From Cetorhinus maximus (taxonomy: Eukaryota), in contig NC_135903.1 of assembly GCF_964194155.1 (NCBI RefSeq), forward strand, positions 30,194,001 to 30,258,000: a stretch of DNA of 64,000 bases. Reading direction: 5' to 3'. Of this stretch, positions 35,534 to 47,404 are shown piece by piece. Each line of letters starts with the position of its first letter. Positions within the stretch are counted from its first letter, which is position 1. The notes below the pieces were generated by a model. That model had not been told where the DNA came from, searched no databases, and saw only the letters and a program-made list of their open reading frames with translations. The translations under genes and the position numbers were made by a program.

Positions 35534-35669
35534 AATATAAAAGCAAAATACTGCGGATGCTGGAAATCTGAAACTAAAACAAAAATTGCTGGGAAAGCCC
35601 AGCAAGTCTGACAGCGTCTGTGGAGAGAAAGAGCCAACGCCCCGAGTCCAGATGACTCCTCCCCAGAAC
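35534..35669 (-). mobile_element. 136-bp Penelope-derived hammerhead mini-element, A-to-G mutated, with a 12-bp TSD
   Basis: TSD TGAAGTCTCCTT at 35522-35533 and 35670-35681. The reverse complement aligns with 2115-2250 and 34750-34852. Confidence 0.88.
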
Positions 35670-37054
35670 TGAAGTCTCCTTCCTCATTGGCTGGATGGAT
35701 CAAGGTCGTAGGGAGCTCATTAAGAGCTCGCCCTCTGAATTCTGGTATTTTCATAGGGTGAATGGCTGTTAAGAGCTCCCTGAGGCTGACCAGCGGCTAC
35801 TTGGTGGGAACAGGGCCATTGATACAGTTTTATTTAATGCAAAAAAGTGAAAGCTTGAATAAAAGCTACTGAGCAGTGATAAATTTTTACTACCAAGCCT
35901 TTCCCTACCCTATCCCTGTCTCTCCATTAGACAATTTGAAGATGAAGATCCTTTCATTTCTTTAAGGGCACACACAGATGACGTCCACAGCAATGTCTGC
36001 CGATTCAGGCAAGAATGTGGCCCATCTGTTCTGCCTCCATTTTTTCATCCCTTCGTAACCCCAGGCACTAACTGAGCAGGAGAGCCATGAAAGTCATTCT
36101 TCACGGCACGCTGGAGATGGAGCCAGAACCAAACCCACCTCCCGATTCCTGCCTCCAACAGAAAAATCCTGCCCCTGGAGCTGGTTATGGCCCCTTTGGA
36201 TTTGGCCCCTTTATACTGGCAGCCGTGTTAGTTGGGTTGGTGCTCCTCATGATTTATTTGGCCTGTTTCTTAATGAGATTGTGGTGTCACTGCATGGATG
36301 ACTGGCATTAGAAAAGGAGTTTTTCAGTTTTAAATTGGAAACAAAACATTTGTGTTCTTGTTGCTCTGTAATATTAGAAATGATCATATTTTTACAAAAT
36401 AGCTCTGACTGGTAGTGAAAAATGATGTTAATACACAGGTAATGCCTTCATTCAAACAGGGGACAAAAGAATTTCATAGACATGTATTAGCACATTCATT
36501 ACTAATCCCCCACAGCCCAATTCATCCAAATGAAAGATAAGAGTATATTTCAGTAACTGACACTCCTGACATGGAGTTTTGCCCTATGGAACTGTGTATT
36601 AGAAATTAATATACATCATCCTCTTGATTTCCCACTCATTCATTTAAATGTTTGTGATAAGGATGTGTGTGATGATGTGGTTGGAGTACAATATCTTTAT
36701 CAAATGTGTGTGCCCCAGTCATTATTTTCTTATTTGTATTTATTGATTTGATGTAGGAGCTCATATGCAGATAAGTGGCAACTTAAACAGGTACCTTGTT
36801 ACTCCAGAGATGTAAAATGCTAGAATATCCATTATTTGCATTCCACATATAGCATCAAGCATTACCTTCTTGCTTCCTCTGTTGATCTGCTTCACTCTCC
36901 ACAGGCCTGCCCCATATTGTGACCCAGATAAGTTGAAGTTTTCTACAGATGAATGTCAGCGAGACCAAAGCTAAGACCCCATCTTGTTGGACGCTGCCAG
37001 CACTGTGTATCACAGGTCTTCATTCCCCACTGTCAAAGGGATAATTCCAGAAGT

Positions 37055-37400
37055 CCAAAAGCTGGCGCACTGCTTGATCCTAAGCTGGACTTCTTTTCCC
37101 ATTTTCTATCATGGAAACTACTTTCTTATACCTGAGTAACATTGCCTCCTTCTGCCTCTCCCTCTCTCACGGTGCCAGAATCCATGTATTTATCACGTTA
37201 AGGAACATTTTCGCTAATGCCATCCTAGCCAGCCATCATCCATCACAATGCACAGTTCTTCCAGAATGTTCTGGCTTGCGCTTATACCCATACAAAGCCC
37301 TGCTGTCTCTTCACCTTACGAAGCTGCCCTCACTCCCCGTATCCCAGCAAATTGATCTCAAGACCAGATCCTTTACCGTATCTTTTCCTCAATGGCACCA
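37055..37400 (+). mobile_element. Ancient L2 LINE ORF2 fragment
   Basis: LLDPKLDFFSH, TFLYLSNIA, IHVFIT.R..FANAILA and QQIDLK resemble the L2 RT C-terminus. Confidence 0.65.
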
Positions 37401-38551
37401 TAATAATCGCAAGCTGTATATCCCCTCTTCACTCTTCATTCAGCTCCTAGCATATTCCATGCTACCATCGATGGTCCTCTTTTAGCCAGTACCCTTTGTG
37501 AGTGTCCTTTATCCTGCTTTTTTTGACTTCAAAATAATCCTAAGAACCCTGGTCTATGACTGGATTAACAATATGCTGTCCCATTTTCCCTTTTCATGAC
37601 TATTCAGATTCTTTTTTTCTTTCTCCACCTCATAAATGTTTTGAAATATCTCTTTGTGCATGAGGCTAAATATTAACAAGCATATATGAAGGCAATTGTG
37701 AAAAAGTGCTTCTTAAATGTTCAAACTTTAGCAGTGGGAGCAGCTACACCCCAATGGCACATGGTGCAGAATGTATGTACACTCTGCTCCTAGCTTTCTG
37801 GGAATTAAGCTTGCTGGAATAACAAGCCAATAGCATAACTTACATTATGATTGGAATCAGAGCCTGAAACAACTGGGATTAGTGGTGACATGATTCTAGC
37901 TTACTAGCCTTGTGAAGTCTGTACTACAGTGTTACTGCAGCTAAGTTAGATGACTTTGGGTGTGTCAAGTCAAAATATCAGCCTAAAGCCGTTATTTCAC
38001 AAACAGTACTGGGTGGAATCTTCTGCTCTCTCTGGTGGCAAGCATGGAGGCAGTAAAGGCTTTTAATTAGGCGGGATGGTGGTGTACCTGAACCCTGCCA
38101 TCTTCCCATCTCCACTGTAGAGTAAAGGGTTAATGGTTATGTTAATTAGACAATGATGTTAATGATGATGTAACCGTGACATCAGGGTCAGATAACCAGG
38201 AGACTCCGAGAAAGCAAGACAGAGAACAGTCTCTGTGAAGAGAATAATGTGTTTACCATGAAGTCTTGGATGTAAATAATGAAAATAAATAGTTTTGAGA
38301 AAACCCAAACACTGACTGACTATCTCCAAGTCACTCGTAGAGTAAGAGAAACCTCATCCAGTCAGAAGAGAACACAAAGTAAAGGGCAACAAGCCAAACC
38401 ATGGCGGCAGTGCTGGAGACTATAGTTTAAGGAAACTGAGACCACAGATTGATAACTCACTGGTGAAGGCTCAGGAACAGCTCGACTTCTTGAAGAAGAA
38501 TGTCATAAATCAGGTGTACCTTGGTAGGGGACAGTGAGCGAACCAATCAGG

Positions 38552-41500
38552 ATGTCAACAGCCATTGAACAGACACTACCGCTTCCACAGCCCTTCCAAC
38601 ATATCAAAGCTCTTTAGCAAGGAGAACAATGGAAGCTTTGGTGCTGAACATTTGAAAGGCATCAAACAGCTTTGGACTTGCAACAAAAGGCACAAAAAAA
38701 TAGGTCAGTACCCTTTTATACACATTTGGGGCCATAGCTGATGATGTCCTGCTGACGCCTGTAGTCGAGGAAATCTCAGGATCTTAAGAGGAGGTTTTAA
38801 GGGCCTTTGATAGTTACTTCAGCCCTAAGAAGAATCTGGTCATTGAACGGGTGAGATTCAACCAAAGAAGCCAGAGGCCGGATTCATTTATTAACGATTT
38901 GTATAGACTCACCAGTAGTTGCGGCTACAGTGCTTTAAAATGCAAGTTCACCTGCGACTGCATTGTATTTGGCAGGCTTGACAAGGTGCTGTCAGACTTC
39001 TTGCAAACCAAGGAGGATTTAACGTTAGAGACAGCTGAACAGTTTGCAAGACAGGGGGAGCTGCGAAAACAGAATTGGGGTTTGCTTCAGGGAGATGTCC
39101 AGGCTCAGGAGTGGTCAATCCAGTATGTAGACCCAAAGCAGGGAGCCCTGCCCACCGAAATCCAGCAAAAATACCCCGTCAAAACCACCAAAGGAGCGGG
39201 AAGAACCCTTCCACCTATTTTCAAATATTTGAGATACGGCACCAAAAAGCAGCATCACCACGCAGAATGCCAAGAAGTTGAATGCTTTCTCTATAGCAAG
39301 ACTGGACATTTTAAACAGTTCTGCAAATCTGAAGCACTATTCAAGGGAAGAGAGCTGGAACAAGTTTCCAGTCATTCTAATGTACAGGAAATTGGGAATA
39401 AAAACATTAAAGATGAAGATTCCCTAGGAGAAACAAAAAATTCCAATAAGCAGCCCTTGTCTGTGGAGCTTGAAGTCAAAGTACAAATTGACAGGATGCT
39501 GCATGAAGGAATGATCTCTCCTGTAACAGTGCCTATAAAATGATGCTCAGGGCTAGTGACAATCCTTAAGCCTAACGGTGAAATCAGGCTCTGCGTTGAC
39601 TTGATACAGCTAAATAAAGTCATTCAAAGAGAATTACACCCGATGCCTTCTGCTGATGACATTCTTGCAAAGTTGTCCAAAAGTGATCTTTTTACGAAAC
39701 TAGATGCCAACAGTGGGATTTGGCAGATCCCCTTTGGCCAAGAATCAAGATTGTTGATGATGTTTATCATTCCCTTTGGTCGCTCTTGTTTCAGTCAGCT
39801 TCTCTTTGGCAAATCCTCTTTGCCAGAAATCTTTCAACACTCTACGTCCAACATCCTTGAAGGCAGAGAAGAAATTATTTGCCACTTGGATGACCTCTTC
39901 AACCATGTTACTACCAAAGAAGAGCACGATCATTAATTCTGGGAGGCTTTAAAAGTGCTTGAATAAGCAGGCCTCGCTCTAAATGAAATGTGTGAGCTTG
40001 GGAAAACCACTATCAGATTTTTAGGGCATATTATACATCAAAAAGGGATAACAGTAGACCCCCAAAGGAGTAAGGTGATTAAAAAATTTCCACAGCCCAA
40101 GTGTGTTGCTGATATACAATGATTTTTAGGCATGGTCAATCAGGTGGGGAAATTCATCCCAAATTTTCAGATTACTTAATGGGCTTACAATTTAGGATTG
40201 AGATGGACCATAAACCTCTGGTCACTCTCCTGAACTCCAAGGAAATTGCTAAGATGCTACCAAGTGTTTCCAGCGAAAACTCATAAGCTATGACTCTATG
40301 ACAGAGTATGTGCTGGGGAAAAGTCAGACAACTGCCGACACACTAAGAGCTACACTCAACCAGGTTACAGAACATCACTTGATGCTCATCTCTGAGGTGG
40401 AAGCATATTCTTCATCAGTAACAAGTGCCCCACCAGCCTCTGCAAACAAACCCAGAGAAATCAGAAAAGCCCACTTGAAGGGCACAGAATGCAGTCAGAT
40501 CTGAACATACTGCCAAGATGGTTGGCCTGAATATGTCACAAGCAAACAAGTGATATGACAATACCATGAACAACAAAAACATCTGACACTTGTTGATGAC
40601 CTCTAGTCTTCAATGACAGGCTACTAACCCTGAGAGCGATGCAAAAAGACATTCTCCAAAAACTCCATGGTGATCATTTGTGCATTACCAAATAAAGAGC
40701 ACGGGCACAACAATCAGTATGGTGCCCAGGAGTTTCAAAAGCCATAGAAGAATCTATTTTGACATGTCATACTTGTGTCATCAACAGCCAAGAACCAACA
40801 GAACCATTCCTACCATCAACATTTCATCCAGGCCTAGGCAAAGGCTAGGAATGGATCTGTTTGACTTCAGAGGAAAAATATATCTCATGCTCATTGACTA
40901 TTACTCCCCTCCTCATACCATGCCCTAACAGGGCGTTAGCAACCATGGACTTCCACTGGATCGGCCCATGATTATACTTGAAAAAGCACTGCAGTGGCTT
41001 GCCATTGCTTTTTGCAGTATGGCAGACTAGGAAACTCTCCCATTCTTGCCACCTGCCATCAGGTATAGTGGACAGATTTACAGGCTGATAATCAACCTGT
41101 TTGGCCATGTTATGAATGATGGTAGCCTTCCGTAGCCATCAAACCCTGAAGTGGGACCTGAACCCAGAGCTTCTGGCCCAGAGATAGGGATACTGTCCAC
41201 TACACCACAAGACCTCCAACTTATACTCTTGCTGGTTGGAACGCTGTACCACAAATGCAGAAGCTGTGGTAAAAGCATTGAAACATATTTACTCTCCACC
41301 TGATATTCTGGGCAAGGTAGTCTTGGTTAATGGTCCACAGGTTATAAATGAACACTTCTGACAATTTGCAGCAGAATATAGATTTCACCAAGTGACCAGT
41401 TTACCACACCATCTGCAGGCTAATGGAGAAGTGGAGAGAGGTATAAAAACTATCAAAATGTTGATGAAAAAGGACAATGACCTCACATTAGCCTTACTCA

Positions 41501-41760
41501 ATTACAGGGTGATGTAATTAAGTAATGGCTTTTCACAGCAGAAATACTGATGGGGAGAAGGCTATAGACCCAACTTCCTTCATTGCAACTTAAATTCAGA
41601 CCCAACATCACCGTATAAGGTTGTGACCGAGTAAGGAACAGACACACAGAGAAACCGTCCAGCTGGTATAATCGCCAGCATAGAGTGAGAACATTATCCA
41701 CATTAGTATCTGGGCAAAAAGTGTGAATAAGAGACCATGGGGAAGAAGGTACAATCATAC
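38552..41760 (+). pseudogene. Gypsy gag-pol remnant
   Basis: gag RFNQRSQ..DSFINDLYRL..CGY and degenerate knuckle C..YSKTGHFKQFC. RT IRLCVDL..LNK, KLDANSGIWQI, PFGR, HLDD. RNase H DHKPL. Integrase GMDLF..IDYYS and QANGEVER. Confidence 0.92.
40907..41217 (-). mobile_element. tRNA-derived SINE with an RTE-like tail, inserted in the integrase
   Basis: Minus-strand A box TGGTGTAGTGG and B box GGTTCAGGTCC; GCAATGGCAAGCCACTGCAGT..GTCCATGGTTGC tail; splits IDYYS|.WLE; imperfect TSD ACTATTACTC/ACTTATACTC. Confidence 0.75.
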
Positions 41761-43099
41761 AGCAAACTCAGCAGCCGCAATCATACCTTGCACAAACACC
41801 ACTTGTGGCTCTCCAAAGAAATAGAAAGGCTCTGATACTCATGTAGCCACAAGGAGACAATCATTTGTGTATTACCATGATGGGAATGATGAGACTGACT
41901 CTGCAGCAAACATCTCAAGAAATGACACTCGAGTCCAGGAATTGAGCATAGACCAGCACCCTCAACCAACAGCACTCAAGACAGGGTCAGGGAGCATTGC
42001 AAAAGCACCAGACAGGCTCAATCTTTGAGATTATGACTTTGGGAGGAGATAGTGGGAATGTAAATAGTTTAACAAAATAATTTAACAGTTTCGAAATTAT
42101 ACTTGCGGGAGAAGTAGAGTAAAGGGTTAATGGTTATGTTAATTAGACAATGATGTTAATGATTATGTAGGCATGGCATCAGGGTCCGATGACCAGGAAA
42201 CTCCAAGAGATCAAGACAAAAAGTCTCTGTGAAGAGAACAATACACCTACCATGATGTCCTTGACATAAATAGTGTCGATAAACAGTTTTGAGAAAAATT
42301 AATTACCTTCTCCAAGTCACTCATAGAGTAATAGAAACCTTATCCAGCCAGAAGAGAACACAAAGTAAAGGGCAACAAACCAAACTATTCACCAGAAATA
42401 AGTTCTGGGTGGGAAGGCCCATGGTCGACCTGCCGAGTTAATGACCACTTAAGAGCCTCATCCTGCCACCACTGGTATTAATCTAGCTACAGGTGGACCT
42501 GTCGCTATGCGGCATGCATGGCAGTTAAAACCATACGGTCAGCTTGTCCCCTCCTGGGCGGGTCCCTCAATTAAAGGCACTCAGTGCCTGATCGAGGGAC
42601 TGTATGTAGGAAGGGCAGGGCCAGCTGAGACACATCTCACTGTCCTTGCTCCCACCCCTCTCCCTGCAACCGCCACCCTACAAAACCCCCACCCCATCCC
42701 CCACATTACTTACCTGTGGCCTAGGTCACTCTGCGATCCTGGGACTCCAGTGTCTGTCCTTCTGGCAGCAGCCACAGCCTGTCCAGTGGCGCTGCTGAGT
42801 ACAAGGGCTGACAGCCTCTGATTGGCTGGCAGCTCTCGATAGGTGAGACTTCCGCCCCTGGGAACTTGCTTCGGGAGGAAGGCCCACCACTGGCTCCACT
42901 GTTGCTTGATTGGCTTGTGGTTTGGTGACCCTTCCCAAAAAGAAGCAACATGGGTCTCCCACTGGCTCTTTAGCTGACAGACAAGACCCCTGATGCCTCA
43001 ACAAGATTCAGCCCAGTATGTTGTTAGTTAATACAGAAGCTAGAGAAAAGTTTTTTTTTGGTTGGAGTGAGTCAGTCTGCAAAATGTTTTAACGTTCAA

Positions 43100-44330
43100 T
43101 ATTGTTGGAATTTAGACAGCGCTGGGATCAGTCACCAGGTTTCGAATGAAATTCGTGGAATGGAAAATTGGGCAGGTTGCATAGTGAACTACCATCCAAT
43201 TTCCACCACTGCCCCAAGCCACTCAGAATGCCACTCAGCACGCAGGCCTGGACCTTGGAATGTGCCAATCTGCAACACTCAGTCATGGATAACACATTGC
43301 ACTGGAAGACCAGCAAGCTTTGGGCAGATCAAAGAGCAGCTTTCACCGAGTTGATGGTCCTCCAGCCACAGTTGATGTTTATCTCAGTGTGCATCCCTAG
43401 GAACAGCCTGTAGAGCACAGAATCCTGCAAAACAGAGCTGCTTGGGATGAACCTTGATTAAAACCACTGCATCTTTTTCCAGACCGTCTTTGCAAAGGCA
43501 TGTTCCAGAAGGAGGTGAACAACAGTCTCATCGCCATGACAGCCGTCTTAAGGGCAACATGCAGAGAGGGTGAGACTCCAGGTGTGTAGGAAAGATCTGA
43601 GGGGGATGGCCTTTTTCACCATCAGCTATGCTATGTGTTTGTGCTTGGTTGAAAGTTCTGGTAATGAGGCATTCTGCCCAATGACAGTCTGCTCAGAGAA
43701 CCATCCGACAGGATCTGTCATCTCCTTTTCCCGCAGGGCCTCTAGAATGTTACGTGCAGACTACTGCCTGATGGGCTTGAGTTCAAAGGTGTTTTTCTGC
43801 ATAAATTTTTCCATGAGGGACAGGTGGTACGACACAACCCAACTGCTTGGAGCGTCCTGCAGCAACGTGGCCAGACCCGTCCTTTGCAACACCGTGGGCA
43901 GGTAGAGCCTCAGCACGTGGTCACACTTGGTGTTTGTACACCAAGCGTCTACGCACAGTTTGATGCAGCTGCACACAAAGATGGTCATCAAGATGAGGGA
44001 AACGTTGGGCACTATTTTTCCAACTTTATCTAGAGGTTTGTACATTGTGTTCCTGTGAACACGATCTATTTTCAACCTCCAGATAAAGCAGAAGATGGCT
44101 CAGGTACTAAGCGCAGGAGTGAGGAATGGTCCAGATCTATGCCATATACCAACACCACCGAGAGCGCCTCACACCTGATGACCAGGTTCTTACCCGCAAT
44201 GGAGAGGGAGCATCATTCCCACATGCCCAACTTTTGGTTAACCACAGCTACTTGCTCTTTCCAGTTTCTAGTACATGGCAGTCCCTCCAAAACATATCCC
44301 TAGCACTTTCAGGCAGTCTGACCTGATGGC
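43100..44330 (-). mobile_element. Tx1/L1-clade LINE ORF2 3' fragment
   Basis: KIDRVHRNTMYKPLDK.GK.VPNVSLIL..FVCSCIKLC..KCDHVLRLYL, plus a zinc-finger-like C...GDETVVHLLLE near 43500-43560. Confidence 0.8.
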
Positions 44331-44795
44331 GAAGGGGACAAAGTGTCAGTCAGCCCAGTTCTCAAAGAACTTCTGTATTCAGAGCCCTAATTGCAATATA
44401 ACATAAGATGACAACACTAATGGTCAACCTGGCTACTTCTTTCACCCCTCCTATCCCATTGCCTTAGCATTTCTGCCACTGCAGCATGTGGGGTAAGCTG
44501 ACTCACTAGATCATTAAACATAACCTTCTCGGCTAGTATCATACACTTGTTTGTTGATGTTACGAATTGAGGGAGGTACTGAATTTAATGAGGACATATG
44601 ATTATTAGCCCATTTTGTTTTTAACACAAAGCATTGGTTAAAAGCGTAGCTATACTATTGGCCAGTTACTGCATTATATCACAGAGATGTTGCAGTCAGA
44701 AAATCGAAGTAAATACTGAGGTTGATCTCACATGAGACTTTATGAATTGAAGTGACCTATTTCTGAGCTCTCTGCGGTTTTGCAGTTTGGAGACC

Positions 44796-44912
44796 TTGGG
44801 GCCCTGATTCTAATCAACATTCGGCTGTCTTTAACTGGTGTCTCCATAACTCACAGTTTTAATAACTTATGCCAATTTAGAACAGCTGAACACTGATTAG
44901 AATCAACCCCAA
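44796..44912. repeat. Short palindromic MITE-like hairpin
   Basis: TTGGGG..TGATTCTAATCAACATTCGGCTGT pairs with ACAGCTGAACACTGATTAGAATCAACCCCAA. Confidence 0.75.
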
Positions 44913-45340
44913 GACGCCATCTGACTTAAAAAAAGGAAGTTTTATTGGAAACAAACAGAATTTAAACAAGAAACACATTTTATGCCTTTAAGATTAAGGT
45001 ATTTAAAGTAGCCTTAGAGACAGGAGTTGATTATTTGCATGCCAGAAATTTCAATATGTATACATGGGTCAATCCATATGAATATGTTAGTCAGTGATGA
45101 GAAAAAATTATTCAACTCATCTAATCCCTGTAAAGCATTAACTCTTCCATCACAATATATAATGAGGTTAGATATCTAACCTGAGAATGGCTGGGCAGCC
45201 TAAATTATTCTTGGCCTGCTTCAATGATACCCATTAGGTTGCTCAGACAATCATTGTTGAGGTTGCAATGAATGCCATGCTGAATGACTCTGAATCTTTG
45301 CACTTGATTGCATGGAATTTTTTACAACCAGGAATTCATA

Positions 45341-45992
45341 AGAAACTGAACTGGACTAGCTATATAAATACTGTGGCTACAAGAGCAGGTCAGAGGCTAG
45401 GAATCCTGTGGTGAGTAACTCACCTCCTGCCTCCCCAAAGCCTTCCCACCATCTACAAGGCACAAGTCAGGAGTGTGATGGAAAACTGTCCACTTGCCTG
45501 GATGAGTGCAGCTCCAACAAAACTCAAGAAGCTTGACACCATCCAGGACAAAGCAACCCACTTGATTTTCACCCCATCCACAAACGTTCACTCCCTCCAC
45601 CACCGATGCACAGGACCAGCAGTGTGTACCATCTAAAAGATGCACTGCAGGAATTCACCAAGGCTCCTTCGACAGCACCTTCCAAATGCACGACCACTAC
45701 CATCTAGAAGGACGAGGACAGCAGACACATGGGAACACCACCACCTGGAAGTTCCCCTCCAAGCCACTCACCATCCTGACTTGGAAATATATTGCCGTTC
45801 CTTTATTGTCGCTGGGTCAAAATCTTGGTACGCCCTCCCTTGGAACAGTACTGTGGGTGTACCTACACCACATGGACTGCCGCAGTTCAAGAAGGCAGCT
45901 CACCACCAGCTTCGCAAAGGCAATTAGGGATGGGCAATAAATACTGGCCTAGCCAGTGATGCCCATAACCCAAGAGTGAATTTTTTTAAAAA
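45341..45992 (+). mobile_element. HER1-type LINE 3' fragment
   Basis: Closely similar to 32511-33158 and 61150-61780, with the HE1-shared tail. Confidence 0.92.
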
Positions 45993-47103
45993 GCCATCAC
46001 TGCAATATGTACCAATAGAATGGATCGTACACTGATGGTGGGTCCCCCCTACCCCAGTGTGTCGGGGGCGAACTCATCTCCGCTTAACCAGTTTACCCTG
46101 TTTTAATTTTTCAGTTGTCGGCCCTATAACTAATATGAGACAGGACTTGTGTCCATCTCCAGGAGGAAGTCCTGCCTTATAGAGCTGCCGGCCAATTGGA
46201 GGCCAGCACATCATACTTTTCAACATAGTTGTCACTATGGGCCTCACTTGGTTTCCTCAATTTAGATAATTACACAATCCTGAAATCTTTGGTCAACTGA
46301 GTAATTTTGAGACGGGAAGAACTCCCAGAGAGAAGAAAGGCTGAAAATTGATATAATTTCTTTTCAAGTATATAATAGCTATACTGTAAAATGTAAATGT
46401 GACAAGGCACAAGGAATCATAAGACAAAGAACCAGCTTTGCATTTATTCCCAGTCAGCAGCTACTACACTGTTGGAAAGTTAACATTTTTAAGGGTTTAA
46501 TGTTGAGCTTTATTGCTAGCCCGTTTGGAATCTAAGAAAAATTATGACTAAAGGATTATTCACTTCAAGGGAATTGAAAGCATTAGAAATGTAGGATGTG
46601 AAATCAAAAAAAAGATTGACAGTGGCATTTCCCTTTCTTTGGGGTATCGAACCAGTGAAAAGTCTACCATCGTTTGGCAGACAGCATCACAGAGCAAAGG
46701 CAATGCTGATTTCACTTACAGTGGAAGGACACACCCAAGTTTACACTACATTCACTTCTAAAAAGAATGTTATTACTTAATGTGTTTAAGTGGAAATGAT
46801 AAAAAATAGTTTAATGGATGTCAACAGCCTGCCATTATCAGGCTATGTATATATACCATTCACATGGGCGTTCTTTTTTGTAACAGACTGTCAACAGTGG
46901 AGCAGAATTATTTGTGAACTGTGTCCATAGTGGAGTGCATATATTCAGCAAAAGTAAGTGGAAATAAATAAAATATCAGTCCCCTTTCAAGGTACTTATA
47001 CAGAATTACCAAGAGCCTTTGAAATTTTGGCATGGGATGCTAATGTACAATCACTTAACACATTCAGCTTAAGTTCCTTCTTTTCTGATTTGAGCAGACA
47101 TGT

Positions 47104-47404
47104 TGGCCATAATTTGTTTAGGCGGGACACCTAACAGTGCCTGCCATTAGACTTGCTCTTGCACGCTCAGGTTTTGATTTTTTGCATGTCAAGTTGCTGG
47201 AAATGAAAGCTGCTAATGTCGCAGTCAGGGAAACTGGACATCTGGCGCCTGAGTGAACAGAGAAAACAACAGAGTATTGCCTTAAGCTGTCAGCTTGAAG
47301 GATTGTGAGGTGAACAGTGCAAGGACCAAGAAGGAAGTGTAAATTAGAGTGGGTGAATTCACTGTCAAATCAGGCACCGAAATGGAAATAAAGGGAGCAA
47401 AATA
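47104..47404 (+). mobile_element. 5' part of a non-autonomous DNA element, same family as 63093-63793
   Basis: GGCCATAATTTG..CATTAGACTTGCTCTTGCA..GGGTGAATTCA(C/G)TGTCAAATCA is shared with 63093-63360. Confidence 0.7.

Larger units (their letters stand above)
38116..42387 (+). mobile_element. Gypsy/Ty3 LTR retrotransposon, two LTRs (38116-38401, 42113-42387), decayed and internally deleted
   Basis: LTRs start (T/A)GTAGAGTAAAGGGTTAATGG. tRNA-Leu-like PBS TGGCGGCAGTG at 38402. Purine tract before the 3' LTR. TSD TCCAC/TTCAC. Confidence 0.95.
38011..43014. mobile_element. Harbinger-type MITE (38011-38115 plus 42393-43014) split by the Gypsy element
   Basis: Termini GGGTGGAATCTT and AAGATTCAGCCC; flanks ACT/AGT; internal similarity to 15798-16801. 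Confidence 0.72.

Noticed and set aside
41140-41217. tRNA gene
   Set aside because: The A and B boxes belong to a SINE head with no complete cloverleaf; the same applies to the heads at ~58860 and ~8700.
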